DNA of 64,000 nt from Octopus bimaculoides (Eukaryota). Below the pieces are notes generated by a model. The model ran no database searches. It saw nothing but the letters and a program-made list of their open reading frames with translations, and was not told the origin of the DNA. Both the position numbers and the translations under genes were made by a program. How positions within the stretch are numbered: position 1 is the first letter of the stretch; each line of letters starts with the position of its first letter. Positions 51,618 to 64,000 of the stretch are shown here, piece after piece. The stretch covers positions 38,922,848 through 38,986,847 of the forward strand of contig NC_068981.1 of assembly GCF_001194135.2 (NCBI RefSeq), written 5' to 3'.

Positions 51618-53964
51618 AATAATAATAATAATGATAATAATAATAATAGTAACAATTATATGGTAAGGAATAAAAAATGAACTCAGAATGTAAAGACATA
51701 TGAAATGTCACTAAGCATTTTGATCCAATGATGACAGGCAAAATTGACCTTGGCACCATTTAAACACAAAATGTAAACAGTCAGAAAAAATGATATTTTG
51801 TCTGATGAGCTGATAATTCTGCCAATAATAATAATTTTTTTCTTTATTAGCCACTAGGGATTGAATATACACAAGAAGAAATACATAACTTTCATTAGGT
51901 TTTAGAAAGAAAGCAAAGAGAAGAAAATGTAGAGTATGGAAAAAACATGAAGAAAAAGGAGAAATATTATACAATAAATGGAAGGATGTATTAAACTTTT
52001 GAAAGGTACACATGCACACATACAAATGCACATGCTCACACATATGTACACACATACATAAATACATATGTACACATGTATACATACATATTTGCATTAG
52101 AATAAATAAAAGAGACTATGATAAAAAACTAGATAGAATTAAAAGAAATATCAATCAAAGATTACTAGTTAGGTTGAGTTCGTACACTCAATGACTGGGT
52201 TTACTTAACTACTTCTCAAATTATGTTAGAGTGAAAATCAATGCACCAGTAAGCACTTATTAAATATTTGCTGTTGTGAAATACCAAGAGCTTGAGGGCA
52301 TTCACTTTTAAGTTTGGTGTGATAGCTTAGTTTTAATTTTATTGGAAATCTATCTTTTGCTTGTTAATTATATTCTGAAACTGTTTTTATATCATTATAA
52401 TGTCTTCAGAAAGTTGATGGCACCACAAATGCATAAATTTGTCTCTAAACTGTTTGTTTGATTTTCAAAGAATAACGAATCTTAACTCAGCTTTGTTCTC
52501 TTCATTGTCAATTGTTATTTTCTGGAGGAGGGATTTTATTGTTGTTTCAAATAAATTGTTCCTCTTCATCTGTTTTTGTTGTTTTACACTGAGTCTTATG
52601 TTTCTGCAGTGTTTTTGTTTTCCTTTTTATATTTTCACCAATTGTTTTTAAAATTTTCATCTATAAAAATTATTTCTTACTTATTGGATGATGAAGATTT
52701 GCTTCTATGTACTTGCACTGTTTGGTGATGAGGCATTTTTTCATGTTCCCAATATTGGGCATAAAGATGTTTCACTTGCCAACCTTAGAGTTTTGGCTGG
52801 TGAAGCTCTAAAAGCTGGGGATTGTTGAAGTATTCTTTTTACTTTTTGTGTTGCTGTTAATCTTCATTAATTTCATTTTCTTGTTCTTTTCAGTTACTTA
52901 TTTCAATTTTGTTTTCTGGGTATTCAACTCTAAGGAGGGTTTTACACCAACAAAAGTCACAGCTAGGTTTTCTGTCCCATATTACCTTGTTGTAACACCT
53001 ACTAAGTACAGTTCTAACATCGTTTTGTAGTCATTGGATGTCATTAGGACTTGCAAATCCACTTTGACATCCCCTAACTTTTCCTCAACCTTGCTTTGAC
53101 CACTCACTCATACTGCAATACAACAGTCATACCTAGCTATGGATTTATGTTGCTTCTGATGTCTTTTATTGTTCCATTTGTAATGTTTGACTCATGTACT
53201 GGTACTTAAATGTATATTCAGAGATATATTTGACAATTTCAGCTGTGTTTCAGTTATATATTCAATTTCAAAAGTACAAAAACAGTGCTACTGCTTTTGC
53301 TTTTTTAATCAATAAAACTTATGTTGAAACAAAGTTTTATTGATGTGTTCACTAAGCATGAGTTATTTATAATTTTTCTCTTTGCCCGATCCTAAATTTG
53401 ATTCTATGGCAAAGAAATGATGTTAAGTTTTACAAAATTTTCCTACCTACATTTTTTACTTATAATTTTGATAGATCTAAAAATTCTTTAAGTTAAGGGA
53501 AGGCCTGTCTTAACACAACTGTTGTATGAATGGACAGCATCATTTGAATTTGTGTAACAGTCACAACTGCTGTTGTTACTATTACTATTGTTGCTTTCAA
53601 GATTACATATTTGGGTATTTGAGATATTTTCTTCTGTTAATTATTCACTCTTTTTAGTATGTTCAATTGTGTGTTTTGATTTTGTGCTAGTTTTGGCCTT
53701 TGTAAAGTTTAGTCTTGTACAATTGTGTGTAGTAGCTATTTTGGATGGGAAAATTTTGATGAGGTCAAATTTCTATCAACCTCCTTTCGAGGTTGATGGA
53801 AAAAATACCAGTCGAGTAATGGGATGATGTAACTGACTAGGCCTCTCCTGCCAAATTTCTGGCCTTGTGCCTAATATCAGAAACAACAACAACAATAAAT
53901 GTAGGGTAAGACAATTAATGAATATATGATTAGATAGATGTGCCAAAACTTCCCTTGGAAGAGG

Positions 53965-54290
53965 TAAGTTAATTAAAACTCACAACATTGAGACAGATTT
54001 AGACACCAAAATCTGATAATTAAAACAGAACAAGCCATACAAGTAGGTATTGATAAAACTGATAAGATACAACAGAGATATGAAAGAGAAAATTAAAATA
54101 AAACAGACTATTTCAGAATAGAATAGACTGATATCAAAACACAGACTTAATGCCAGAAATGCAGTGATAGTTATCAATGCACTAGACATCTCAGACATTG
54201 ATTTCACCATCAATATAATATACTGAAAGTTAAGTAAACTGGTGTTGTTAAAGGCAGACATCCACTATGCTTCAGATATGTGGTTCAGCC
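53965..54290 (+). mobile_element. R4/Dong-type LINE fragment (post-RT region)
   Basis: HRLNARNAVIVINAL and INIIY*KLSKL..KADI motifs resemble the minus-strand copy at 63105-63575. Confidence 0.5.
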
Positions 54291-54789
54291 TCAATTGACG
54301 ACTGTGCCTAATATTTTTTTTTTATGAAGGCATGTGATTCAGTAGTTAGGATGTTCAGCTCATGATTATAAGATCATGTGTTCCAATCCTGTGCCAAGCA
54401 GAATGTGTCTTTCAGTAAGTTACTTTATTTTTTTATTGTGCCAATCTACTCAGATATAACTAGTACCAGGCAGATGATGGTGCAGTTCTCTTTCCCCTCC
54501 AGTTGTCACATCCTAGATGTTAAGTTAAATCAAAAGTAAGAGGGTTGAGAAGATGTCTGCTTTTTGTGGACACTGTGGACACAGGCATTTAAAATGATTA
54601 GCAATCATATAGTACATATTACCAAACAATACATACTCATGTGAGATAACTCATGCTTAGTGAACACATCAACTAAAAACTACACATTGTATTAAAAGAT
54701 CACCACCCTAAAGCTTGGATATAACAATGAGATGCCCAGAGCATAATGGAATTATTCAAATGGAAAACTGTTGCAAAATAATCATATCT

Positions 54790-54945
54790 GTATACATTCT
54801 GAGTTCAAATACTGCTGAGGTTGATTTTGCCTTTCATCCTTTCAGGGTCGATAAAATAAGTACCAGTTGAACACTGAGACCAATGTAATCGACTTGCCCA
54901 CTCCCTCAAAATAGCTAGCCTTGTGCCAAAAATGTGAAATCAATA
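54790..54945 (+). mobile_element. SINE family B, 5'-truncated
   Basis: ttctgagttcaaatactgctgaggttgattttgcctttcatcctttcagggtcgataaaataagtaccag. Confidence 0.8.
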
Positions 54946-55381
54946 TAATCACATCAGTTCTTGAAAAATATTTAGAAGCAAACGAAGGTAGACTGATTGG
55001 TAACAAAAAAAGAAGAAGACTTGTTTATGCATATATGAAAAACAATAAAGTGCAAACCAGAAACCTAATTACACTAAGAAAAGTGATTTATAAAAGGACT
55101 AAGCAGTGAAAAGTTAAAAAGCAAACGAAAAATATAATCAAAGAACTCTGAAAATTAATTAGGGTAAAATATAAAGAAACATTTCTTTATGATCAACATC
55201 CTGTAGAATTGAATAATAGAGAAGTGAGAGAGTGTGAAAATCCCCACACTAAAGGTAGAAACTGGAAGCTTGATTTAAACTCCACAAAATCAATGTGTAA
55301 CAAGAAAAGAAACTATGAATAATATAAAATAAGAGGCTGACATTGGCTGACTGACTACTGAGCAGTTAAAAATGTTTGTTA

Positions 55382-55427
<46 letters not shown>

Positions 55428-55684
55428 NNNNNNNNNNNNNNNNNNNNNNNNNNNNNNNNNNNNNNNNNNNNNNNNNNNNNNNNNNNNNNNNNNNNNNNNN
55501 NNNNNNNNNNNNNNNNNNNNNNNNNNNNNNNNNNNNNNNNNNNNNNNNNNNNNNNNNNNNNNNNNNNNNNNNNNNNNNNNNNNNNNNNNNNNNNNNNNNN
55601 NNNNNNNNNNNNNNNNNNNNNNNNNNNNNNNNNNNNNNNNNNNNNNNNNNNNNNNNNNNNNNNNNNNNNNNNNNNNNNNNNNNN

Positions 55685-55719
<35 letters not shown>

Positions 55720-56049
55720 ACAAATATCTATAGGTATGTATGTACGCATGAACGTATGCATACACACACACATATATAAACACATATATGAATACATACA
55801 TATATGTTTGTATGCATATGAATGTGAATTTGTGTGTACTTTTTGCTTATTATCTTTGCAAAAATGCAAATATCAGCAACAAAACTGAACTACTTGTGCT
55901 TTAGGAATGAAATCCCTTGTGATATTTATTCTTCATTAACTTAGTTACTTCCTTTTCATTTTCCCTGTTAAAAATCAGTGAGATATTGGAAATAAGCAAT
56001 GATACTAATGAAAACAAAATTTGTTTTAATATGAAATAAAGAAAAAGAA

Positions 56050-56920
56050 TCACATTTAAGAATCCACAAACCACATCATTGTAAAGATAGGCTATATCAA
56101 CAGATATGATAAAGAAGGTACTTATATCTATTAAAAACAGAATCAATAATAATTGGTGCACTAAATATCACATAAAAGAAAATAAAAACTATACAAAGGC
56201 TCAGAACTTTGCTTACAATCTAAAAATAGCCCTGCAAGATACATCCTACATTCTGCCAAAAACTCTTTCAAATGAGTAACACAACTCACATAGCATATGT
56301 TTCATGCAGTGACCTCTTAAATTTATAACCAAACAAGAAGGAACACAAACCAAACCAAATGCAAGACACACCACATTATTATACTGTGCACACTTCAGGA
56401 AAACTGTGATGCTGTGAAACATATTCATGAAACAACTGAAAGCATTTATCAACAAAGACAAATGGAAAAACCTTTGCATGATCGCAAGAAAAAACAATTG
56501 ATCACATCCTTTATGGCTGCCAATTTCTGACAAGGAAAGAATATATCCACAGCCATAACTGGGGAGATAACTATATCTTTTGAACAATATGCTGACAACT
56601 CTATATGAAATCAGAGAATCGGTGGTATAAGCATTTACTAAATCCAATATCGATATGTAACAAAGATATAGCTACAATGCCCTCAGACATGTCTTCACAT
56701 ACTGAGAAAGAGATCAAAGTAAACTACACAGATATAATTACTAAAGAAAGGAAAACCTATACAGTATGAAAGACATTTTGATCTCCTCCAACATTGCTTG
56801 GGAAGAAGTTGAAAATCTATCATAGTTTTAGGAACTATCATGGTTTAAGGAATGAAAATAAGCAAGGTGTAGGGTATGAGAGTTAAGATATTGATGATGA
56901 TGATGATGATAATAGTAATA
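56050..56920 (+). mobile_element. Decayed R4/Dong-type LINE 3' part
   Basis: TIDHILYGCQFLTRKEYIHSHNWG (CCHC knuckle remnant), ENRWYKH; ends in a GAT/AAT repeat. Confidence 0.55.
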
Positions 56921-57494
56921 ATAATCTTTTGTTTTAGCTGTAAGAGCATGTATAGAGTAAAAAATACATATCTTTCACTTGAGGTAACAAGGAACAGTGC
57001 AGCATGAAAGACAAGATACAAATATAAAAAGAGAAGGTGTGCGAAACATCATATATGAAAGGGAATATTAAGATTTTAAAAGTATTGAAGTAAATATAAA
57101 AGGTACAATAAAACACACAAAGATGATTGTCAAGATTGGACTTTGGCTCTCCACAACCCTTCCACTAACCAATTCTTGAATTGTGTAGGATTGCAATACA
57201 ATGCACACTATGAGGGGTGGGGAGACATAAGATTATTTGAGGGCCATTTGATGTTGTAAAACTCTGTCTTCAGTCAAATGCTTTCTAAAATGTGTTGTAA
57301 TGTCTCAATTTTATTTTTACTCATAAACTTCTTTTGCATACTGATTATATTCTGAATCTAATTGATTTTGTGCTATTCTAACTTCGTTGGAAATTCTTTA
57401 GTACCACAATGAATAATTTTGACTATTAATTGCTTTTTTCTATTTGAATTTTGAAGGGCAATGAATTGTAGTTTTTCCGTTATCCTCCTCATTT

Positions 57495-57496
57495 TA

Positions 57497-57538
<42 letters not shown>

Positions 57539-58640
57539 TTCATTATCATCTTCTTTCAATTCTGTTTCCATTTCTTGTTGAGGGTCTTCCTGACACCTAG
57601 AGCAGAGAAACACACTGTGTACATTGGTAAGCCATTAAAATAAACACACCAAATTGTCCATTTACAACATTATGTGATAGAGAAAAGGGGGGGAGAAAGA
57701 CAGAGAGAAACAAATTAAAATTTTAGAAAAAGAAACAAAGAAAATAAAGGGGAATAGGGAAAAGGCCACAATGTTCTTCTCAATACGCGTGATGTACCAA
57801 TTGAGGCAATCTTTTGCACTTCCTGTATGGATGGTAAGCAAGGGGTCATTCTTAAATAATTTTCAGTTCCTTTTTTGATCCTTCCAAGTGCTCCTACAAT
57901 CACTGGTATTGTAACCATCTTGAGATGCCACATCTTTTTTATTTTGATTAGCAAATCTTTATATGCTTTGAGCTTATCAAATACTTTTGCTAAGATATTA
58001 TGGTCATAAGGTATGCTCATGTCAATCAATAAACAGACTTTATTGTTTTGGTCTTTCACATCAATATCTGGTTTATTTGCCCTGATAGTCTGGTCTGTAC
58101 ATACTGGGAAGTCCCAAAGAATAGTTACGTTTTCTCCATCAGTTACAACCTCAGGATCATGCTTGTACCATTTGTCAGCAGTTTTGATTTTATAATGCCA
58201 ACACATTATCCAGTGTAGATATTGACCAACTCTGTCATATCTTGATTTGTACTCTACAGGTGCTAAAACCTTACATCCAGAGATTAGGTGGTCCACTGTT
58301 TCTATCCCATCGTTGCACTTTAGATCTACACTAGTTTCATTCACATTGGCTTGATAGTTCTGGGTCAATAATCTCTGATCTTGGGCAGCCAAGATTAAGC
58401 CTTCACTCTCTGCCTGTCATACCCCTTGTCTTGGCACATTCTACTGAGTACAGTTCCAGTATGTCTTTGTGGCTTTTGTGTGGTCATTAGTACTTGTAAA
58501 TTATTTTGACATCCCTTGACCAGATATCATCTCTTGTTAGTCCTGCTTTAACCACTTGTACATACTTCAAAACAAATGTAATGTCTATCCAAAACTCTAT
58601 ATCATTTCCAACAATGCTCAGAAGCATGCATCCCCAATCC
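57495..58640 (-). mobile_element. R4/Dong-type LINE 3' part: CCHC knuckle and restriction-like endonuclease, (TAA)n tail
   Basis: ORF 57715-58392: AAQDQ, ETVDHLISGCKVLA, ILWDFPV..TIRANKPDI..CLLIDMSIP, VTIPVIVGALG. (ATT)n at ~57495-57540. Confidence 0.85.
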
Positions 58641-58979
58641 CATGTGGGCTAATTATATTGAAAAAGAGTAGAAGTAGAAAGAAGGTTAATGAGTATGGAA
58701 GAAGTAGAAGAATTAGAGAAGAGAAGTCTACTTTTGTATCTGAAAGAAGATGAAGAGACATCTTTTAAGGAGGTAATAAGTGAAGGACTATTTACTGAAT
58801 TTGTAGAACTCAAACACAGAAAATGGGAAAAGTGGAAAAGAGGACGTCAAACCTCAAAAGAAAGAAACTTCACTTTGTGTTTTTTGAAAACACAAATGTG
58901 TTAAATGTTACAAATATTGTACATATTTCTTCTAAGGCCTCTACCAATGCTATCACAATAATAATAATAATAATAATTT

Positions 58980-60645
58980 CAGCTCCATGCTGAATAACAA
59001 CATGGATATGCTACACCTGGCTCTCCATTCAAAAACAAATCTAATCTAATAACATCGGTGGAATGGAATAAAAGAACCTGTGGAAGACTTGAAGGAAGTA
59101 GCCTTTTAACAAAAATAATCACAAGAACGAAATTTTACTGCCATATAAAGCACAGTTTCTCCTATGCACGATGTCTCAGTGAAACATCTGCGAAACACAC
59201 ATGTGAAATCAACACCAGAAAGTTTACAAATTTTAAAATATAAATGGAACAAAACAGTAAGTACATAGATTGATTAACTATTCATACACACAAATCTTTA
59301 CACAATCATATATACATTTTAATACCCACAGGATTACACATACATCCCGGTGTTTACAAAGCTATGTGAAATTTACAGGACACACGTACACGCATATGAA
59401 AATACGTGTCACAAACGAAGCAAAAAAAGGAAAAAGCAAAACAGAAATTTTTTTTATTTTTCGAACTAACACAGACAAAGTGAACAATTCATAGGTTTAA
59501 AAACGCCACAAAAAACTATGGGAGATAAATCTATCAAAAAAAAAACTACAGACAAATACAGATCTGTTGTCTCAAAATATTAACCCTAATCAGACAGATT
59601 CATCCCCTAATGTCAACATCCAGGCTTGTCAAGCCTCAATGATAACAAAGCAAAATACAAACCATATTGGCCATCACTCGGATCACCAAAGACCACATAC
59701 TCAAATGATGTACCAGATCGAGTGCAAAAAATCAGCTACTCATTCAAATGTTCCTGAAACACAGGAGTTGGAAGTACCCCACAACTGGAATATTCCAACA
59801 GATGGCCGTCTATGCTCATCATCAAATAACCAAAAGAAAAAGAATGAAAAATCGTCTACGGGAGATAATAAAGAAGTTCTTAAGGACTATCATGCCATGT
59901 ATTTTCCCACAAAAATATATCTAATACTGTACAAACCTACTTAAACTGGAAACAGAAACACCCTGAAGTAAGACCCTACATAGACAGTAACAAGCTTGCC
60001 AATGTCAGAAGAAATATTATGTAAAAGAATTTACTAACTGAATTAGAGATTGACCAAATTAAACAATCAGTAAAGGATAAAAGGAACAAAGTTGCAGCAA
60101 AAAGAAGATACTACAGAGGATGAAAATGCAATAATGATTAAAAGAGTTAATGTAACTGATAAGCACAGTGAAAGACTTTCTGAACCAACCATAACATTAA
60201 GACAGATGAAAATCAAATATATGAAGAAAGTCACACAGAAATTGACCCCACAGAACTACATGATCTAAAATATCAAATCATGATTGAATGGCTGAAAATT
60301 AAAGAAACCAGTATGAATGAACGTGACACTTTTCCAAAAATTTGCAATTCTAACCAAAACCTGAAAATAATTGGTAAAATCCACCTTGCACTTAAGGATA
60401 TAATTTCAGCTAATGATGTTCATATTACAGATCTCAACCACCTGTACTATGCATCTGCGAAAATCATACTTGACATCGAAAACCATACTTGACATCGATA
60501 CCACCATAGAAACTATCAAGCAAAAGGTATGAGCTAAAGCTGCCTGCATAGCATGGTATGAAAAGCGATTTAGATTCTTCAAGGACAAAAACATGTTAAA
60601 AAATAACCCCAAAAATTTTTACAGGAAGCTAGGGAAAATACCAGC
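58980..60645 (+). mobile_element. R4/Dong-type LINE 5' half, decayed
   Basis: WKQKHPEVRPYIDSNKLANVRRNIM, DLNHLYYASA, YEKRFRFFKDKNMLKNNPKNFYRKLGK. Starts directly after (AAT)7 at 58957-58977. Confidence 0.65.
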
Positions 60646-61780
60646 AATCCTATTATTCCACTGCACCTTTTGGTGTCAGTAGCTTACACTTGGTTCACCA
60701 TATGGAATTCCTGCCAGGTTTTGCTTCCACACCATGAATTTCTTTTCTAGTTTTGATATAGAATCTGCTATGAGGGGAAGATCATCAGCATATAGTTGTT
60801 TTCAGGGGCTGCTGGTTTTTAATTCCTGTGATATGGCCTGGAGGACAATGATGAACAAGAAGGTACAAAGACTGAGCCTTGAACGCTTGTGGTTAAGACC
60901 GAGCTGTATTCATGGTTAACTCTCACCTTACTGACAGTATCTCTGTACATGGCCTGTACAGCTTTCACCAGCCTCTCATCTACCCCAAGCACCCACAGAG
61001 CACACTATATCACACAGTAGGGTAATCTATTGAAGGTTTTCCCTAGATCAATGAATGCCAAGTATAATGGTTTATTCTTAGCTAAGTACTTCTCTTGCAG
61101 TTGCCTGACACTGAAACTAGCCTCAGTATTGCTTCTCCCTAGGGTGAAGCCAAATTGCATTTTAACTAGCCTAATTCTGCTCCTAATTAATTAGGCTATA
61201 ACTCTCTCCATAATTTTCATCACCTGGTTCAGGAATTTGATGCCTCTATAATTGCTTCTATTTGAGGCATCTCCCTTACTCTTGTAGCAGCTAACAATAA
61301 TGCTGCCACACCAGTGTTATGCCTTCCTGAATAACCTGATTAACTATAAGGATGACTAGCTTGTATCCTACCTTACCAGATATTTTGAGCATCTCAGCAG
61401 TGATTCCAGATAGACCAGGGGCTTTCCCCGTTCTTATATGTTTAATTGCCTAATCTACCATACTGCTGGCTACTAGGATAGCTGGTCCCTCCGTGGGTCC
61501 ATATGAGGGAGATTCCTTTTATCCCATTAATTTTTCTACACCTCTTTCTTCACTGTGTCACTAAGTGCAAGCATACCATTATCCATCTGCACATACTTCT
61601 CTCCCACAATATCTTGATTCTCTTTGACAAAATCCAGAACACCTCAAGTCTCCGATCTTCACACTGTAGGCCATTAGCAAACCTCTTCATTTTTGCTTCT
61701 GTCCTAGCTAGATAAACCTGGTGTCATGCTTCCTTTTTAGATTTCTAGCATGATTCTTTGCTTCCCATACTTTTCCATAA
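60645..61780 (-). mobile_element. RTE-clade LINE (family 1), RT-domain fragment with deletions
   Basis: Minus strand KAPGLSGITAEMLKI, NYRGIKFL, MQFGFT, RQLQEKYLAK, intact YADD at 60781-60792, PHD remnant at 60654-60694. Confidence 0.85.
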
Positions 61781-62744
61781 TCTTTAGCTACTACTGATTA
61801 TCCAAATTCCACTAAAGAGCTGAATTGGCCAACTATCTTCTGGAATCTTTGGTCCTTTATGACATCCTAGAATCAAAGATTTATGACAGATAAGTTGAAA
61901 CAACTTACTCGATAAATTGCCATCTTCAATCTCACACAAATCACAATACAAATGCTGCTAACTACGGTATTCCATTTCATGCATCATATTCTTACTAACA
62001 TGATCAACAGAGACATGTTTTGCCAACAGAATTTAATCTTATATCATAAATTATATCTTTTGTCCTTTCAAAATACATGCACTTTCACAAATAACAAATA
62101 CATGATACTTTGAACTCACAAACCTCACTTAAAGACCGGATAATGAGCAATTTTTTCATGCTTTTGCTGATTATTAACATTAGGCAAATATCTCCCACAT
62201 ATAAAAATGTGTATTAACACACAATACACATTAAAAATATGCCACCTTTCATACCAGCATGTTTATTGACACATTTAAATAATGTTTTAAATGCTCTGAT
62301 TTTAATGGTGCATTTTCATGAAAATATTTTGTTTGTCTTTTATAAATTCAGCAGAGTCTGTTTTCTATAGTGAGCATCATTAAACCTCATGAACTTTGGA
62401 AAAAAATTTTGTCATAGTTTTTGTTGTTGTACATAAATACACACATTTAACCATATAATGTGTCCACATTCAAATTGTGATGTTGGATGTATTTTGTTGT
62501 TTCTAGTGCTTATTTAGTGTCTTGTTTGCTTTGTATATAATATATGTTGTGTAAGCTAAGCTTTTTTAGTTGGCAGTGATCACATTGCATATATTTTGTA
62601 TGGATTGTGTTATAGTTGTAGGAGATAATTGTGTAGAAAGTATGCTGTGTGAGTTGTACTATTGATTTCAAAAAGACTTGCATAAAATGTATGGGTTGTA
62701 AAACTGAACGCCTTGGTATGTATATATATATTTGTGTTTGTATT

Positions 62745-63020
62745 TGTCTATATGTACCTGATTGGTACTTAATTTATCGAACCCAAGAGGATCAAAGGCA
62801 GTCAACCTCAACAGAATTTGAACATAGTGGCGGACAAAATACTGCTAAGTATTTTGCCCAGTGTGTTAACGATTCTGCCAGCTCACTGCCTTAATAATAA
62901 TAATAATCCTTTTTGCTATAGGCACATGCACTGGAATTTGTGGGGAGGGGATAGCCGATTACATCGACCCCAAGAGGATGAAAGGCAAAGTCAACCTCAA
63001 CGGAATTTAAACTCGGAATG
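62745..63020 (-). mobile_element. Two adjacent SINE family B copies/fragments
   Basis: tggtacttaatttatcgaac...aggcagtcaacctcaac and catcgaccccaagaggatgaaaggcaaagtcaacctc. Confidence 0.75.

Positions 63021-63021
<1 letters not shown>

Positions 63022-63087
<66 letters not shown>
63022..63087. repeat. (AAT)n microsatellite
   Basis: Directly visible. Confidence 0.95.
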
Positions 63088-63104
63088 GTGAATTGTAATC
63101 TAGG

Positions 63105-63575
63105 CAAAATGGCATATCCTTCATGCATTGTCAACAATTTTTGTATTTTTCAGTCAAGATTACATATTTCAGTAACTGTGTAACTCAAGACCAGTATGGC
63201 TAAAATAGTGATCACTTCGATCCTGTTTCTTGTATTCAGCTCTGTCTTGAGTATTGCCCCTACCCTGCGATAACATTCTCTTGTGATCTTTGCCTTCATC
63301 ACTGAATGTTTGATTCTGTCCCCTTCAAATACCCTTAGGTGTTTGTAGCTCTCTGCTGATTCTAATTCCTTTATGACATTCTGCTGGTCAAGGTTAACAC
63401 TGGATATTTCTGTAATTTTTCCTTTGATAAAGGTAGCTTTTGCACATTTATCAAAACCAAATTACATCCTGATGTCATCACTGAATTGTTTAACACTGAA
63501 CTGTAAGCCTGTAGTTGTTAGTCATTTTGTGCAAAGAGCTTTAAATCATCCATATAAATGAGAAGATTTATATTT
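63105..63575 (-). mobile_element. R4/Dong-type LINE RT fragment
   Basis: Minus strand LIYMDDLKLFA (YMDD at 63545-63556), QFSDDIRM*FGFDKCAKATF, ILKTELNTRNRIEVI. Confidence 0.85.
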
Positions 63576-63588
63576 TTTATCAAACATT

Positions 63589-63868
63589 TTGTTCAAGGGT
63601 AGGGAATGGAAACAAGCTATCTGTACTAACCCTGAAAGGAAGACAAAAAAAACGTTGTTTATAAAGCGGCTTTGCAATAAGTTCCAAGTCGACAAATTAT
63701 ATCATTGTTTTGATGAAAATTGTTATTGCTTGAAAAATATTGTTCAAGTTTGATAAAATTTAATATGTACTGAAAGCATGAAGTGTCATTGTTGGGTCCA
63801 AGGCCCAACGAAGAGCCCTGCACAGGAGCTGGCTTAAAAGCTGCCCAATAGGGTGGTTTTTAAACTAG
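63589..63868 (+). mobile_element. Helitron 3' end (RepHel helicase C-terminus, hairpin, CTAG)
   Basis: CSRVGNGNKLSVL...KNVVYKAALQ* (one frameshift). Hairpin GCTGCCC-AATA-GGGTGGT at 63840-63857; CTAG at 63865-63868. Confidence 0.75.
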
Positions 63869-63878
63869 TATATTTATA

Positions 63879-64000
63879 TCTTAATATATAAATCTGAAAT
63901 TGTGTTTGTGTGAAGCCTTTTTGAAAGTTTATAGAAATCCACATTTTCCACTTTTTCGTAAAAAATTTTACATCAATGGAATTTTCTCGATGTGAACTTT
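63879..64000 (+). mobile_element. Probable Helitron-type 5' end, running off the window
   Basis: a|TCttaatatataaatctgaaattgtgtttgtgtg resembles the TC-start, TA-rich, TG-tract opening of non-autonomous Helitrons. Confidence 0.45.

Noticed and set aside
3379-55888. Many ORF-track entries rich in YI, HT, CV or X (e.g. 3379-3816, 12880-13314, 41790-43254, 50457-50895, 55366-55888)
   Set aside because: They are translations of dinucleotide microsatellites and N-gaps, not genes.
58978-59090. Possible HDV-like ribozyme at the R4 5' end (TCCATG/CATGGA hairpin, CTAAT motif)
   Set aside because: I could not build a P1/P2/P3 nested pseudoknot by eye; only a family consensus could test it.
1-64000. 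CRISPR arrays, rRNA, genuine tRNA genes, prokaryotic operons
   Set aside because: None seen. tRNA-like A/B boxes all belong to SINE heads, and the short periodic repeats are microsatellites without unique spacers.

Overview
Strongly AT-rich eukaryotic genomic DNA, intronic or intergenic in character, from a gapped draft assembly (six N-runs). The SINE/LINE repertoire and microsatellite density look like an octopus genome; this is an inference from repeat style, not a database hit. No host gene, rRNA, bona fide tRNA or CRISPR array can be supported, and almost all ORFs in the supplied track are microsatellite or low-complexity artefacts. Retroelement remnants: at least four tRNA-derived SINE families, two RTE-clade LINE families, a cluster of R4/Dong-type restriction-like-endonuclease LINE fragments (54-63.6 kb), a Penelope-like GIY-YIG element and a CR1-type 3' end. 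DNA-element remnants: mariner, maT-like and Chapaev-like transposases, hAT- and piggyBac-like MITEs and Helitron ends. Most notable: (i) several type I hammerhead-ribozyme-like motifs, including a tandem pair 326 nt apart (retrozyme/Penelope-like) and one core inside the loop of a 160-bp inverted repeat; (ii) a PHD-like finger embedded in an RTE reverse transcriptase; (iii) three C2H2 fingers at the C-terminus of a second RTE family; (iv) a back-to-back maT/Chapaev fusion; (v) two candidate exon-like islands. All translations and folds were done by eye, and boundaries without TIR/TSD support are approximate.
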